The position numbers and the translations under genes were made by a program. DNA of 64,000 nucleotides. It comes from a virus. Lineage: Duplodnaviria > Caudoviricetes. Below the pieces are notes generated by a model. It was not told the DNA's origin. It searched no databases and was given only the letters and a program-made list of their open reading frames with translations. Below are positions 38,101 through 46,113 of this stretch, in pieces; the stretch's first letter is position 1; every line of letters begins with the position of its first letter. The DNA is taken from the IMG/VR virus record IMGVR_UViG_3300011164_000019, positions 10,641-74,640 of that record; one strand, written 5' to 3'.

Positions 38101-41100
38101 ACAGTGAGCTGGTTCAGTTCTTCAAGAGCAACCCGCGGCCTTCGCTCAAGTATGTACTCAAGGCCCTCCGTTCGCGTATCGAAGTCACCAGCAACGGACG
38201 GACTCAGGAGTACAACCGCGAACTGTGGAAAGCCCTGGCCAAGCACGTCAATCCGGCGATGAAGATCGTCTACGTCACGCCTGAGATGGCGATCCCGGAA
38301 GGTGTGGCCGAGAAGCAGGCACAGTCTGCCCGTGGTCTCTACAGCTTCAGCGATTCGATTGACACGCTGTACATCAAGAGCGATGCGTTCCGTCGTTCGG
38401 GCGTGACCACTGAACTGCTGATGCACGAGCTGGTTCACTCGGTGGTAGCCCGTACCATCGATCTGGCCGAGCAGGGCAAGCCTCTGCCGGATACGGCTGA
38501 ACTGGTGGCTGAACTGGGTGTGCTGCTGGAGCGCAGCCGTCAGCATGTGGCCGATAAGCCTGAACTGGCTCAGCGGTACAGCAATGCCCTGGCCAACGTG
38601 CAGGAGTTCGTGGCCTGGGGCATGACCAACCAGGGTTTCCAGCGTGATGTGCTGAACCAGTTCACCCTGCAGACCAAGACCTCGCGCAATGTGCTGGTCA
38701 AGGCCATGGAAGCCCTGACCAATGTGCTGCGTGACATTCTGTTCCGTGGTTCGGACAAGTCGGCACAGAAGATCCAGGTCACTGGCTTGAAGACGCTGCT
38801 GGCCAACGTCTCCGGTCTGATGGCGACGGCTGAACAGGCGCGTGAGGCCGTAGGTACTCAACGCACGCTGGCCATGGAAGATCCGGTTCTGGATATGGAC
38901 GTGGCTGATCTGTTCGATGGCCTGCGTAACACCGAGCAGCCCCTGGATGTTGGCTTCGAGAGTCACCTGCGTGATCTGCTGGATAACGTGGTGCGTCCGC
39001 TGCATGGTCCGTTTGGTGCCGTGCGTCTGGAAGCCTTGGACGATCAGGTGATCGGTGCCCGTGAGCGTTTCCTCAAGGCTCTGGCGACTGGCAAGGCACC
39101 GTTCGCTGCCAAACTCAGTGACGTGGTGAAGCTATCCGATCAGGAAGCGTTCCTGGCCGAGAGCATTGAAGTCGCCCTGCGTACTGCCCTGGAATCGAAG
39201 GATCGTTCGTCCTCGCTGGTCTACCGCGAGCTGAAGGGCCTGTACAACGAGATCAAGGCATCGCTGCCGGTATCGGCATTCTTCGATGGCGACTGGACCC
39301 AGGCCAGTGATGAACAGAAGGCGGAGGCCCAAGCCCTGCGTGAGTTCTTCCTGGAGATCCCGGACGGGGAAGGGCAGTCCGACTACCTGAGCCGCTTCGC
39401 TGCTCTGGGTCTGGCCTACCGTCCGCTGTGGAAGCTGCTGGATCGATCGACTCAGCAAGACACTCGTGTCCTGCGTGATCTGAGCTGGCTTGAGCGTCTG
39501 CAGGCTCTGGTTGAGCGTGCCATGGCCTATCTGGCCGGCAAGTGGACGCACACCTATGCCGGTCAGCAGGCCAACGACAAGCTCAAGACCCTGGTCGGTG
39601 AGCTGGTGGATATCGAGGCCAAGTACCGGGAAAAGGCTGCTCGTCCGAACAACCAGTGGATCGAGATGGCCGAGAACGCTCTGGCCGGTGTTCAGGGCAA
39701 GGCCAAGGACATGATCGACCAGGTGGCCAAGTCGGACATGGTGCGTAACTCGAAGGTCAGCGGTGTTCGTCTGATGGGTCGAGTGGCCAGCCTGGCTGCC
39801 GATGACCGCCTGGAAGCGGTGGTGGATGCCGGTAACCAGCTGCGTGACCGTCTGTTCAAGGGACGCCAGGGTCTGATGGCTGGCATGTTCAACGAGATGA
39901 AAGGGCCGAACGAGATCATGTTGGCCCTGCTCAACTTCGCCAAGCGCAATGAACAGGAGCGTAAGCACCTAATCAACTGGACCCGTGATACGGCCTTGGA
40001 GAGCTTCGCCAATAAAGGCAAAGACCTAACTGCCAAGGACAAGGACGCCATGGCTCTGCTGCTGCGTGCTGATCTGGCTTCGCTGCTGGATTACGGCTAC
40101 TCGCTGGAGGAGCTGCAGCAACTGCTGAGTCCCAACGGCAGCCTGCAGCAGCGGATTGCTGAATTGGGCAAGCAGCTCAAGACCTCGACTCATGCAGCCA
40201 TGTACCTGCGTCGTGCCGAGGCTCTGGGCAAATACATGGCCACCGGCAAGGCATCGATCGACAACCTGATGCTCAACGCGGACAACATCGCTCGCATGCT
40301 GGGCACCAAGGATGCACACAGCATTCCGGATGCTGAGCTGGATCGGGTACGTCCGCTGATCGATCAGCTGGCTTCGCTGTACGCCCTGGCCAATGCCAAC
40401 GAGTCTGACAAGGAGCGGATCTCCAACGTCCTGGCGACCGAGCTACAGCGTACCGATGGTGGTAACGGGGTGACCTTCGTTCTGAAGATGCACCGTGCCA
40501 TGCAGCAGGAAGCCAAGGAAAAGCTGTTCGAGAACAGTGAGGCCTTGTTCACCAAGGGCTACACACCGGAGATCCACAACCCGCACACCGAGGTACTGGC
40601 TGCCACCGAGGAAGAGGGCGAGGCACTGGTACGCCAGGGCTTCCAGCGTGTGGTCGGCAACCCGTTGAACCAGGATGCCGATGACCTGGATAAGCGTGCC
40701 AAGCACCTCTACATCCTCAAGGGCCGTGGCATGCAGCAGCGTCTGACCGGTGCCCTGTCCTATACAGGTGAGCGTGCCAAGGGCAGTCGCAAGCATGGTG
40801 GGATCGTCAACACGATCACCGGTAGCCTGAACACTCATAACGTCCAGGTCACTCAGCGACTGGCTCATGCCAAGCGCGTGCGTGAGGAGATGGCGATTCA
40901 GCAGGGCAAGCCGATGGGTGGGGTCCACATGGTCCCTGTACTTAATGCTGCCGGCGAGATCGTCAACTACCGCTACGTGATGAGCAACAAGGCACGGGAT
41001 TCGCTGCTGGAGCGAACCAATGCGTTCGATACGCTGCTGGGTACGCTGCATGGCAACGTGTTCGACAAGCAGGCCTCGCGTGAGCAGAACGCCCAAGTGG

Positions 41101-42380
41101 TCAAGGCCTTGTTCGATCAGTGGAATGCTGACAAGAACGATCGCCGTGACGCCTACATCATGGTGGGTCCGGACAGCAGCGATGCTGAAGGTGCAGAGAC
41201 CTGGCGTCTGCTGCCACACCACACTCAGGAAGCGATTCGTCAGGTGTGGAAGGGCAACAACATGATGGTGCGCAACGATCAGATCGACCTGATCGCCGGT
41301 TACCGCAAGTACAGCCTGGCTGACATGTTCGACAAGCAGGATCGTACGACCAAGGGTATGAAGAACCTGCTCAAGCATCAGGAAGATGAACGCAACATGC
41401 TGGAGCAGATGACCGTCTGGCTGTTGCAGGACTTCTTCGGGCTGGGTGACAAGGCGGCATTGCGTGTTCGCCAGGCAGAGGACTTCTGGCAGGCGGTGGT
41501 ACAGGAAGTGAAGGATATCGTGGTGGTACGGTCGGGTGTGACCTTGTTCTGGAACGTGGTCAGCAACATGACTGTACTGTTGTGGCAGGGTGTTCCGATC
41601 AAGGATCTGATGCGGAATCACTGGGTGGCGTGGCGTGGTGCAGTCAACTATCGGAAGGATTCCGAAGAGCTGTTCCGTCTGGAAGCAGCATTGTCGACTG
41701 GCACGTCTGGGGATGCGAAGGCTACACAGCAGCGTATTCGCCAATTGCAGGATTCTCTGGCACGTAACCCGGCCAAGGAACTGATTGATGCGGGGATGTT
41801 GCCGACCATCGTCGAAGACGTGGCCTTGGAAGAAGACCCTTACTCCTATCGCAGCAAGCTGAAGGAGAAGGTGGATCAGTACACCAGCAAGCTCAACCCC
41901 ACGGTCAAGCAAGCGGCTGCGTTCGTCTACATGGCTCCAGGTACTCCGTTGCACACGGCGATGAGCCAGGCCACTCAGTACTCGGACTTCGTGGCTCGCT
42001 ATACGCTGTATCAGCACCTGATCAGCGACAAGAAGGCGCCGAAATCCAAGCAGGAAGCGTTGAAGCGGATCTCCGACAGCTTCGTCAACTACGACGTACC
42101 GTCGCACCGCCACATGCAGTACCTGAATGACATGGGCTTGCTCATGTTCACCAAGTACTACCTGCGGATTCAGAAGGTGATCATGCAGATGTTCCGGGAG
42201 CATCCGGCTCGGGCGATCATGATGGTGACCCTGGATATCTACCTGAGCGGCATGCAGACCATCGTCGACTCCTCGATGTGGGGTCGCCTGGGGAATCCGC
42301 TGGAGTGGGGTGCCTTGCAGTACCCCGGCACGCTGGATGAGCTGGCCACCATCAAGGGAATGATGAACCTGTTCAAGTGA
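32133..42380 (+). CDS. Virion-encapsidated RNA polymerase (vRNAP, N4 gp50-like)
   Basis: 3415 aa, no Cys; motif A EVDGVTNG, motif B RNLMKPPVTKSGYG, motif C NVHDA. Confidence 0.97.
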   Translation: MAQLPELPEDIRGIDLTDIKKNQLAQASEFKRQLLEARKPQGVQPDSLLSQHEQRVAGMQAENAEYMAKRAQKQEAFDNSWVGRSGVDPDSFTAGVIDGGAMLTAGAGYLAGTVLTAAPNTLAAIQELGTSDDVKAAYTRFKQGQASEADIALLNEKQDLFTTNQEGLERADHLREGTRGIMDLFDWKGAIDAPQREPLREEFAEEAGPAVDRLAQAWEQVKEGEYTEAAKGAGWALPKVAYEIAENAVQHPVGAVTHALENAPQLAAGVAGKLPMAVSNAGYALDEVRQGMDNYEQDNDGARPTGGEFREMLLRAGSLAAAEHIADTQVLKTLTSPVTKTAQVLPEKAVGALAKPAKAAGTVLGTGATEAVTEAFQTYQEGEIKNREASPMDIAEGALLGFAAGGATAAASKAPADLLGSTGEKKEPEVEKASETGNVSSLLQPGAYAPEKAAKALAEHSLKNEDAQVRQDNLTKLGEIRSALEDEAKAEAMVERIQQRMESAPQEQQPQLEALLAQATESLTARRAALGLQDVPAAERKEALAKQLDQVKQAEDSITQLMEPEKQDLSSQIELADTVLENVTPEVQQTARKAAERVVSLAMESPEALDVEVATRLASNMANSLTEPERVVLRTFAKAKALAHQVKGLEGVSSDIFNGNPKEGYKGLNEYSSNVRRALAYKTPDLEAAQHEIDGLAKFVESRKAKLAVAQKAFDEVAGTRDDGQQWLPTRSGTWVPADRKYSYDEMYAMGGMTIHGGSGNLVANIAQETEALEASLQSLQALYAMKSAAPVQTAVNQPEAAAPQAVEPVEQKAPVQTPEQEAGIAEDAPEAVKYRKTNNLKRLFSQQPGNPTTGTQRPLVATENFLTKLSQGEVNTLDYVQQEDLSEEQLGLPSAFIRTAKAWMPTIEGNFFKRTTQAGHKTDARDHYYNDYTQYLQDEQGQVAENVKTAIAAAAFAHVADNGGQTLNDNTTINKILGKDKDASITPAANQKLRKIGTLRSALINSLGQAVVQSLGYQLKGDASQSEKAKLEVALGAQALALLLDQGIVEQTTLTKGELDDLKGVDFNGQIKAMRAVAKTQADRDAIDRLIESRKNEVAFIRFVTNKDGALTQEAQAIRDASKNTGSLFTKLFGIETGPREPSFKPLKYDQKTANNSTKPISDKERAALEKEAKAPYILQKDMWAVLEKIANPAMILQMAGVQDEALETLHKTNRDGVTAKNQGLMREWERLVAFVGDLSRQKAGQDTKFYLMPSAWKNDRVGLDSAINPQTSKIHRFVIGKQSAETEVRWTDADQSMLDVFKLRVAEGLGMKTDKQDNKRSLAAYEAEMQKPVYQNAVAALRKALLDQDLTSGEQQAIVEGVKAGGENFHSLSSLVAQATYENAREAGQQKFTTMLLAEVDGVTNGPMLGHLLFGAFHSMQDAMARLNKGGFFETGNAFEQYNLWRAAPGQSDLYESTAIDLNAVVQEKWQDKKLQPMYSALFYVTGKLDDKGSPTKAGRNLMKPPVTKSGYGEGLGKTVETMAEDFIQQVYDHIQEISAGKSKLELQPLLSSVRLLISKADEKAAAELDVDMPIERAMEFTFTNQQFKALKSTYLSTLGRDITATIKEAFGPFTERRQAFNQAANLAFDLYQQLYQSKRRALIDQLIAEGKMATDAKGVPLHDLTNKQEAELQASLTDVAPILHTAFSSASDQLQAGMRLAKRDKGLSDEAAYRNEVKFGKKGKKPMAGLRAFGYKTGEVGPGVSGAVGSVHSTDAAISINAGAEVDSINVHDARIYGLKDVHAGARSLNKQTFLQALEYSPMDQMLATLERSIKGLADALAQENDATLNAGVASLLTKKIASLSDIEYDLMADSGKGLIQFQLDRLRATALAAESMKLEILANLQAVDQYAFEGGAYQVTEQDRAKAQQKLEERKQRPDDVAVTEAAKQIDALLGQKTAQAKLAPVVQSEPTLVDDADLGIPERQEDPVVTTSAWGELGKSPIEHDSELVQFFKSNPRPSLKYVLKALRSRIEVTSNGRTQEYNRELWKALAKHVNPAMKIVYVTPEMAIPEGVAEKQAQSARGLYSFSDSIDTLYIKSDAFRRSGVTTELLMHELVHSVVARTIDLAEQGKPLPDTAELVAELGVLLERSRQHVADKPELAQRYSNALANVQEFVAWGMTNQGFQRDVLNQFTLQTKTSRNVLVKAMEALTNVLRDILFRGSDKSAQKIQVTGLKTLLANVSGLMATAEQAREAVGTQRTLAMEDPVLDMDVADLFDGLRNTEQPLDVGFESHLRDLLDNVVRPLHGPFGAVRLEALDDQVIGARERFLKALATGKAPFAAKLSDVVKLSDQEAFLAESIEVALRTALESKDRSSSLVYRELKGLYNEIKASLPVSAFFDGDWTQASDEQKAEAQALREFFLEIPDGEGQSDYLSRFAALGLAYRPLWKLLDRSTQQDTRVLRDLSWLERLQALVERAMAYLAGKWTHTYAGQQANDKLKTLVGELVDIEAKYREKAARPNNQWIEMAENALAGVQGKAKDMIDQVAKSDMVRNSKVSGVRLMGRVASLAADDRLEAVVDAGNQLRDRLFKGRQGLMAGMFNEMKGPNEIMLALLNFAKRNEQERKHLINWTRDTALESFANKGKDLTAKDKDAMALLLRADLASLLDYGYSLEELQQLLSPNGSLQQRIAELGKQLKTSTHAAMYLRRAEALGKYMATGKASIDNLMLNADNIARMLGTKDAHSIPDAELDRVRPLIDQLASLYALANANESDKERISNVLATELQRTDGGNGVTFVLKMHRAMQQEAKEKLFENSEALFTKGYTPEIHNPHTEVLAATEEEGEALVRQGFQRVVGNPLNQDADDLDKRAKHLYILKGRGMQQRLTGALSYTGERAKGSRKHGGIVNTITGSLNTHNVQVTQRLAHAKRVREEMAIQQGKPMGGVHMVPVLNAAGEIVNYRYVMSNKARDSLLERTNAFDTLLGTLHGNVFDKQASREQNAQVVKALFDQWNADKNDRRDAYIMVGPDSSDAEGAETWRLLPHHTQEAIRQVWKGNNMMVRNDQIDLIAGYRKYSLADMFDKQDRTTKGMKNLLKHQEDERNMLEQMTVWLLQDFFGLGDKAALRVRQAEDFWQAVVQEVKDIVVVRSGVTLFWNVVSNMTVLLWQGVPIKDLMRNHWVAWRGAVNYRKDSEELFRLEAALSTGTSGDAKATQQRIRQLQDSLARNPAKELIDAGMLPTIVEDVALEEDPYSYRSKLKEKVDQYTSKLNPTVKQAAAFVYMAPGTPLHTAMSQATQYSDFVARYTLYQHLISDKKAPKSKQEALKRISDSFVNYDVPSHRHMQYLNDMGLLMFTKYYLRIQKVIMQMFREHPARAIMMVTLDIYLSGMQTIVDSSMWGRLGNPLEWGALQYPGTLDELATIKGMMNLFK

Positions 42381-42382
42381 TG

Positions 42383-42410
42383 AAAAAGCCCTCTACGGAG
42401 GGCTTTCTTC
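42383..42410. terminator. Bidirectional terminator
   Basis: AAAAAGCCCTC-TACG-GAGGGCTTTCTTC between convergent units. Confidence 0.85.
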
Positions 42411-42414
42411 TGTA

Positions 42415-42613
42415 TGGGTGAAGTGATCTGGTATTGAACGCTCCGTCACCCGCTTTTCGGGGCGTCCAGTCGGGGCCGGTAGCAGCCCTCAAGCCCTTGA
42501 GTTTCAGCGGACGTGTCTCACAGATCACTTCCCGATAGAGAAGGGTGCCGGTCTTTCCCGGCTGTCAGGTGTGACGACTTGCGTTGGAACGCCCCACCGG
42601 CTCAGCGAAAGCG
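42415..42613 (-). ncRNA. Candidate structured non-coding RNA
   Basis: ORF-free 200 nt; perfect 11-bp closing helix 42420-42430/42521-42531, nested helices and a GCCGG-GAAAGA-CCGGC hairpin; strand inferred from operon direction. Confidence 0.45.
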
Positions 42614-42814
42614 TTACCGCTTCCGACTGGGCTTTTTACTGGATTGGGTCATGTATGTGAAGGTCTCGTGCAACAGCACGATCACGACCAACACAACGAT
42701 CCCGAGTGCAGTCAGGATCGCCATTACCCAGCCCAGGACCACACTGCCCACATAACAGCCCCCAATGAGGATGACTGCGAGCAGTACCAGGAGCATCCCC
42801 TTGAGGGCTTTCAT
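42614..42814 (-). CDS. Small two-TM membrane protein
   Basis: 66 aa, long hydrophobic stretch and basic tail. Confidence 0.7.
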   Translation of the reverse strand: MKALKGMLLVLLAVILIGGCYVGSVVLGWVMAILTALGIVVLVVIVLLHETFTYMTQSSKKPSRKR

Positions 42815-42825
42815 GGGGTGCTGCC

Positions 42826-43197
42826 TTAGCCCCCGAAGAGGCTGGCCTTCTGAACGACAGGCTCTTCTTCTTCCTGAGGATCAGGCAGAACGTCTTCGGC
42901 AGCCGGCGAGGTTTCCACGACATGCAGCTGGGGAGCCGGAGTCGCTTCCTCTACACCACCGACGCTGCCGGAAGTGGACGCCTGGGTTTCGCAGACTTGG
43001 CTGCACTGGACGTTGCCCGAAACACTGCCCATCACGGCAGCAGCATCGTGAATGTCCAGGTCAGCGGTCATGCCGCTGTCGCCACGACCGGCAGTGAACG
43101 AAATGTCCACGGTCTTGCGATCGAGGTTGAAGCCTTGCTTGACGATGAAGTCGCGCAGGGCTTCTTCGATCTCGGATTGTTTCAGTTTGATCAGCAT
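42826..43197 (-). CDS. Hypothetical protein (N4-like conserved N-terminus)
   Basis: MLIKLKQSEIEEALRDFI...FTAGRG; GAGGA RBS. Confidence 0.75.
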   Translation of the reverse strand: MLIKLKQSEIEEALRDFIVKQGFNLDRKTVDISFTAGRGDSGMTADLDIHDAAAVMGSVSGNVQCSQVCETQASTSGSVGGVEEATPAPQLHVVETSPAAEDVLPDPQEEEEPVVQKASLFGG

Positions 43198-43214
43198 GTT
43201 GAGTCCTCTCATAG

Positions 43215-43772
43215 TTAAACGTGCTGCCAGCTGTGTCCGTAGGCAATATCTTTTACCAAAGACACTGGGACATTTAGCTGGCGGGCTATGGTTATGTTTC
43301 TGCCGTACCGCTTACCTGTGTAGTTGGATAGGGCAGTTTTGATAGAGCGCGCTTGGTTTTCTGTGCAGACGGAGTTGTAGTGTGAATCCCCACGACGGAC
43401 TGTTCCGTGCTTTTCCCGGTCGCTTTCATTGGATTGATGGGTATCCCACCTAAGATTACTCAACTTGTTGTTGAAGCTATCTCCGTCTGAGTGACACCCC
43501 TCCTGACCTGCAGAAGGTTCACCGACAAATGCTCTAAGCACCAGCGAATGCACAGAGTGGTGTTGCTTCCCTTCCTTAGCCAGATGGACGTATAGATAAC
43601 GACCACTACTCCCTTTTACAGGCGATAGGTTCTTGCTCTTTACTACCCTCTGGTAAGGATTACCCGACCTACTGACTTGCGTAAGGCTTCGCTCAACACT
43701 ACGCACATTCCCGAAATCTGAAACTTCATAGAAGCCTTCATATCCTGGGACGCTTTTCCAAGTCTCGGTCAT
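43215..43772 (-). mobile_element. Free-standing NUMOD4-HNH homing endonuclease
   Basis: ETWKSVPGYEGFYEVSDFGNVRS (NUMOD4); VHSLVLRAF...CHSDGDSFNNKLSNLRW (HNH). Confidence 0.9.
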
Positions 43773-44353
43773 GCGACCTCCTTGGCCCTGAGTAGATTCA
43801 AGAACTGCTGAAAAGCAGGTAAATTCAGTCCGGCATGGATTGCCCCTACCGAGTCGGCCATGTGTTCAGCTTTGGCTTCGCTGATCACCTCCTGTCCGTG
43901 CTGCTTGTAGGTAGGCCACTTGGCCTCAGGGTGACGGTTGTACGCCCACTGGATCATCTCGCTCTTGGTGGCCGTCTTCTTGCCCACGGAGATCATCTTC
44001 ACCTCGGTCGGGGTGACCTCGAAGAAGGGAATCCCGCTGGCTCGAAGGGCACCCAGTACGCCCACGCAGATGCCGTAGGAGGCCATTGCGCGTGCAGACT
44101 GGCTACCGATCGGAACCTCGACGAAGATCGCGTGAGCGCCCATAGCTGCAGCCAAGGCCTGAGCACAGAGCTGACGGGCAGACTCCAGATCCAGGCTGTT
44201 CTGGCGAACCTGCTTGCCGGTGGAGAGTACGGGCTGGATCACCTCCAGGTGAGTGATCTCCAGGCTACCAGGTAGCTCAGCGGTCATCACACCCTTGGCA
44301 ATGCCCCAGTTGCGTAGGCTCGGATCGAACCCGACAACGTGGAGCAGGCTCAT
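43769..44353 (-). CDS. RuvC-like Holliday junction resolvase
   Basis: GFDPSLRNWG, FVEVP, EHMADS acidic catalytic pattern. Confidence 0.8.
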   Translation of the reverse strand: MSLLHVVGFDPSLRNWGIAKGVMTAELPGSLEITHLEVIQPVLSTGKQVRQNSLDLESARQLCAQALAAAMGAHAIFVEVPIGSQSARAMASYGICVGVLGALRASGIPFFEVTPTEVKMISVGKKTATKSEMIQWAYNRHPEAKWPTYKQHGQEVISEAKAEHMADSVGAIHAGLNLPAFQQFLNLLRAKEVA

Positions 44354-44562
44354 GCCGGTAGCTCGCTGTAGCCGTCCTCGAAGATGACCTTGGGCGACCA
44401 AGACTCGTAATGATCAGCAGTGTGCTGGTTGTACACCACCAAGTAGCCAGCATCTTCGGGATTTTCATTCTCCGGAATTTGCCACCCACGGTAGATGTTG
44501 TACTCACCACGAGTCATCGGCTGCGCATGTACTCGCTTGTGGCACTGATAATGTTTCAACAT
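44350..44562 (-). CDS. Small YRGW-domain phage protein
   Basis: PMTRGEYNIYRGW...GYLVVY...YESWSPK.IFEDGY. Confidence 0.75.
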   Translation of the reverse strand: MLKHYQCHKRVHAQPMTRGEYNIYRGWQIPENENPEDAGYLVVYNQHTADHYESWSPKVIFEDGYSELPA

Positions 44563-44563
44563 A

Positions 44564-44941
44564 TCAGTGCTGCTCCAGCTGGTGCAGCTTGGACTTCAGC
44601 TCGTATCCCATCAGCGGCCAGATCTTGTCCACCGCATTGCGGCGAGCGATCTTCTGGCCCACTTCAGCATCGAAGTTCTCCGGACTGGCACAGGCCGATT
44701 CACCAGTGACGGTGAAGCCGTTCTTGAGGACTAGCACGCAGAAGGTGAGCAGACCCAGCGATTCTGGGAAGTCCGGAAGACTGATGGTTTGCTGACTGCT
44801 CGCATTGACGAGTGCGAAGCTAGCCCCATCCTCTGCGGTGAAGTAGTGCTCGCTGGCGATGTTGGCTTCCACGTCAGCCGGCGTGATGCGCGGTGCAGTA
44901 AGACCCTTGTTCAGGATCTCTTGCTCGATTGGATCAACCAT
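44564..44941 (-). CDS. N4 gp49/Sf6 gp66-family protein (Acb4-like nucleotide sponge candidate)
   Basis: LTFCVLVLKNGFTVTGESACASPENFDAEVGQKIARRNAVDKIWPLMGY; GGAGG RBS. Confidence 0.8.
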   Translation of the reverse strand: MVDPIEQEILNKGLTAPRITPADVEANIASEHYFTAEDGASFALVNASSQQTISLPDFPESLGLLTFCVLVLKNGFTVTGESACASPENFDAEVGQKIARRNAVDKIWPLMGYELKSKLHQLEQH

Positions 44942-45233
44942 TGGATGCCTCCTGTTGGACTTCGCCTTCAGCCGGAGCCTGGGCTTCATCCACCGGGGTA
45001 GCTGTGAATGGCAGATCAGCGAACAGCGCCTTGGCCACGATCAGACCGGCCTTGAAGCCTTCACGCTGCTCGGCAGTCATCGGCACGTCTTCGCCGTTCT
45101 CGCCTGGCTGGCTGATTTCCACGTCATCCGGCACCTGCTGGATCTGGCCCAGTTGAGCCATGCGGTTGGAATGCCAGTGAGTGATCAGGGCTGCGAACTG
45201 ATCGGGGGTTTGGATAGTGATGGTTTCGCTCAT
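44934..45233 (-). CDS. Hypothetical protein
   Basis: 99 aa from ATG 45233 with a GAGG RBS. Confidence 0.7.
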   Translation of the reverse strand: MSETITIQTPDQFAALITHWHSNRMAQLGQIQQVPDDVEISQPGENGEDVPMTAEQREGFKAGLIVAKALFADLPFTATPVDEAQAPAEGEVQQEASNG

Positions 45234-45255
45234 GTACACCTCTTGAGCAGAAATG

Positions 45256-45281
45256 AAAAAGGGCCAGTTGCCTGGCCCTTT
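45256..45281 (-). terminator. Intrinsic terminator after SSB
   Basis: GGGCCAG-GCAA-CTGGCCC followed by TTTTT. Confidence 0.8.
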
Positions 45282-45304
45282 GGGGGGTGTTGCGGAGGAG
45301 GGTG

Positions 45305-46051
45305 TTACGCCTGAGCGCCGAACAGGCTGGTGGTCGGACGGCTGTTGCCACCGGCTGCAGCTGCTTGGCGGGGGGCACCAGCAGTACCGGTGTTGGCACC
45401 CTTGGTGGTCTTGTCCTTGACCTTGCCAGCCCACTTCTGCTCCCAGACGGCGAAGAAGTTGGCCTGTTCAGCCTGAGCACGGATTTCTGCCGTGGTCATC
45501 TTGTCGCGGGCACGGAAGATCTTGTCGACCTCGTTCTCGTCGCGGCTTTCACCGGTCGGCTGGTAGACGCCAGCAGCGTCCTTGGCGGTCTTGTCGACGG
45601 TCTGCTTGAGCACGCCCAGCAGGACCTCCTGACCGATCAGGTCCATCAGCATGTCGACCTGGGTCGGCACTTCCTTCTTCTCGGTCGAGGAGTAGAGGTT
45701 GACCACCTTCTTCTCGGTGTCGAGCTGGCCGATCTCCTTGCCCACGGTGAGCAGGGTCAGGGCGTTGGCATGCACGAAGCCAGGCAGGTACTGCTTCTGG
45801 CCCTGCTTGTCTTCGTAGTAGTTCTTGCAGCCCTTGGCAGTGCCGGAGGTCATCCAGAACTGCTGGCGGACTTCGCCATCGTCATCCTTGAAGGTGACGT
45901 TCAGTGCCAGGGCACCGGAGCTGGCCTTGGAGACGTAGGCCAGTGCGACTTTCATCGGGTACAGGCCCGAGTCACGAACACGGGAACCACCAACGGAGTC
46001 TTTCTCGTCGGCGATGTTGTTGTCAGTAGTCAGAGCAGCGAGCATGGACAT
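45305..46051 (-). CDS. ssb: Single-stranded DNA-binding protein (N4 gp45-like)
   Basis: 248 aa; AY...SGALALNV, YLPGF, NEVDKIF; C-terminal SLFG. Confidence 0.85.
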   Translation of the reverse strand: MSMLAALTTDNNIADEKDSVGGSRVRDSGLYPMKVALAYVSKASSGALALNVTFKDDDGEVRQQFWMTSGTAKGCKNYYEDKQGQKQYLPGFVHANALTLLTVGKEIGQLDTEKKVVNLYSSTEKKEVPTQVDMLMDLIGQEVLLGVLKQTVDKTAKDAAGVYQPTGESRDENEVDKIFRARDKMTTAEIRAQAEQANFFAVWEQKWAGKVKDKTTKGANTGTAGAPRQAAAAGGNSRPTTSLFGAQA

Positions 46052-46113
46052 AAGAGTTACCTTTTGTTGAATTGAGTGGAGGCTTGGCGAACTGTCGCCG
46101 GGGGTGACTGGAA

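Noticed and set aside
32232-42203. Long minus-strand ORFs (657, 715, 795, 586 aa) opposite vRNAP
   Set aside because: Antisense shadows of a codon-biased high-GC gene; no motifs and no RBS
42460-42490. TCCAGTCGGGGCCGGTAGCAGCCC resembles part of tRNA-Sec
   Set aside because: No matching anticodon-arm partner, D arm or T loop; likely coincidental
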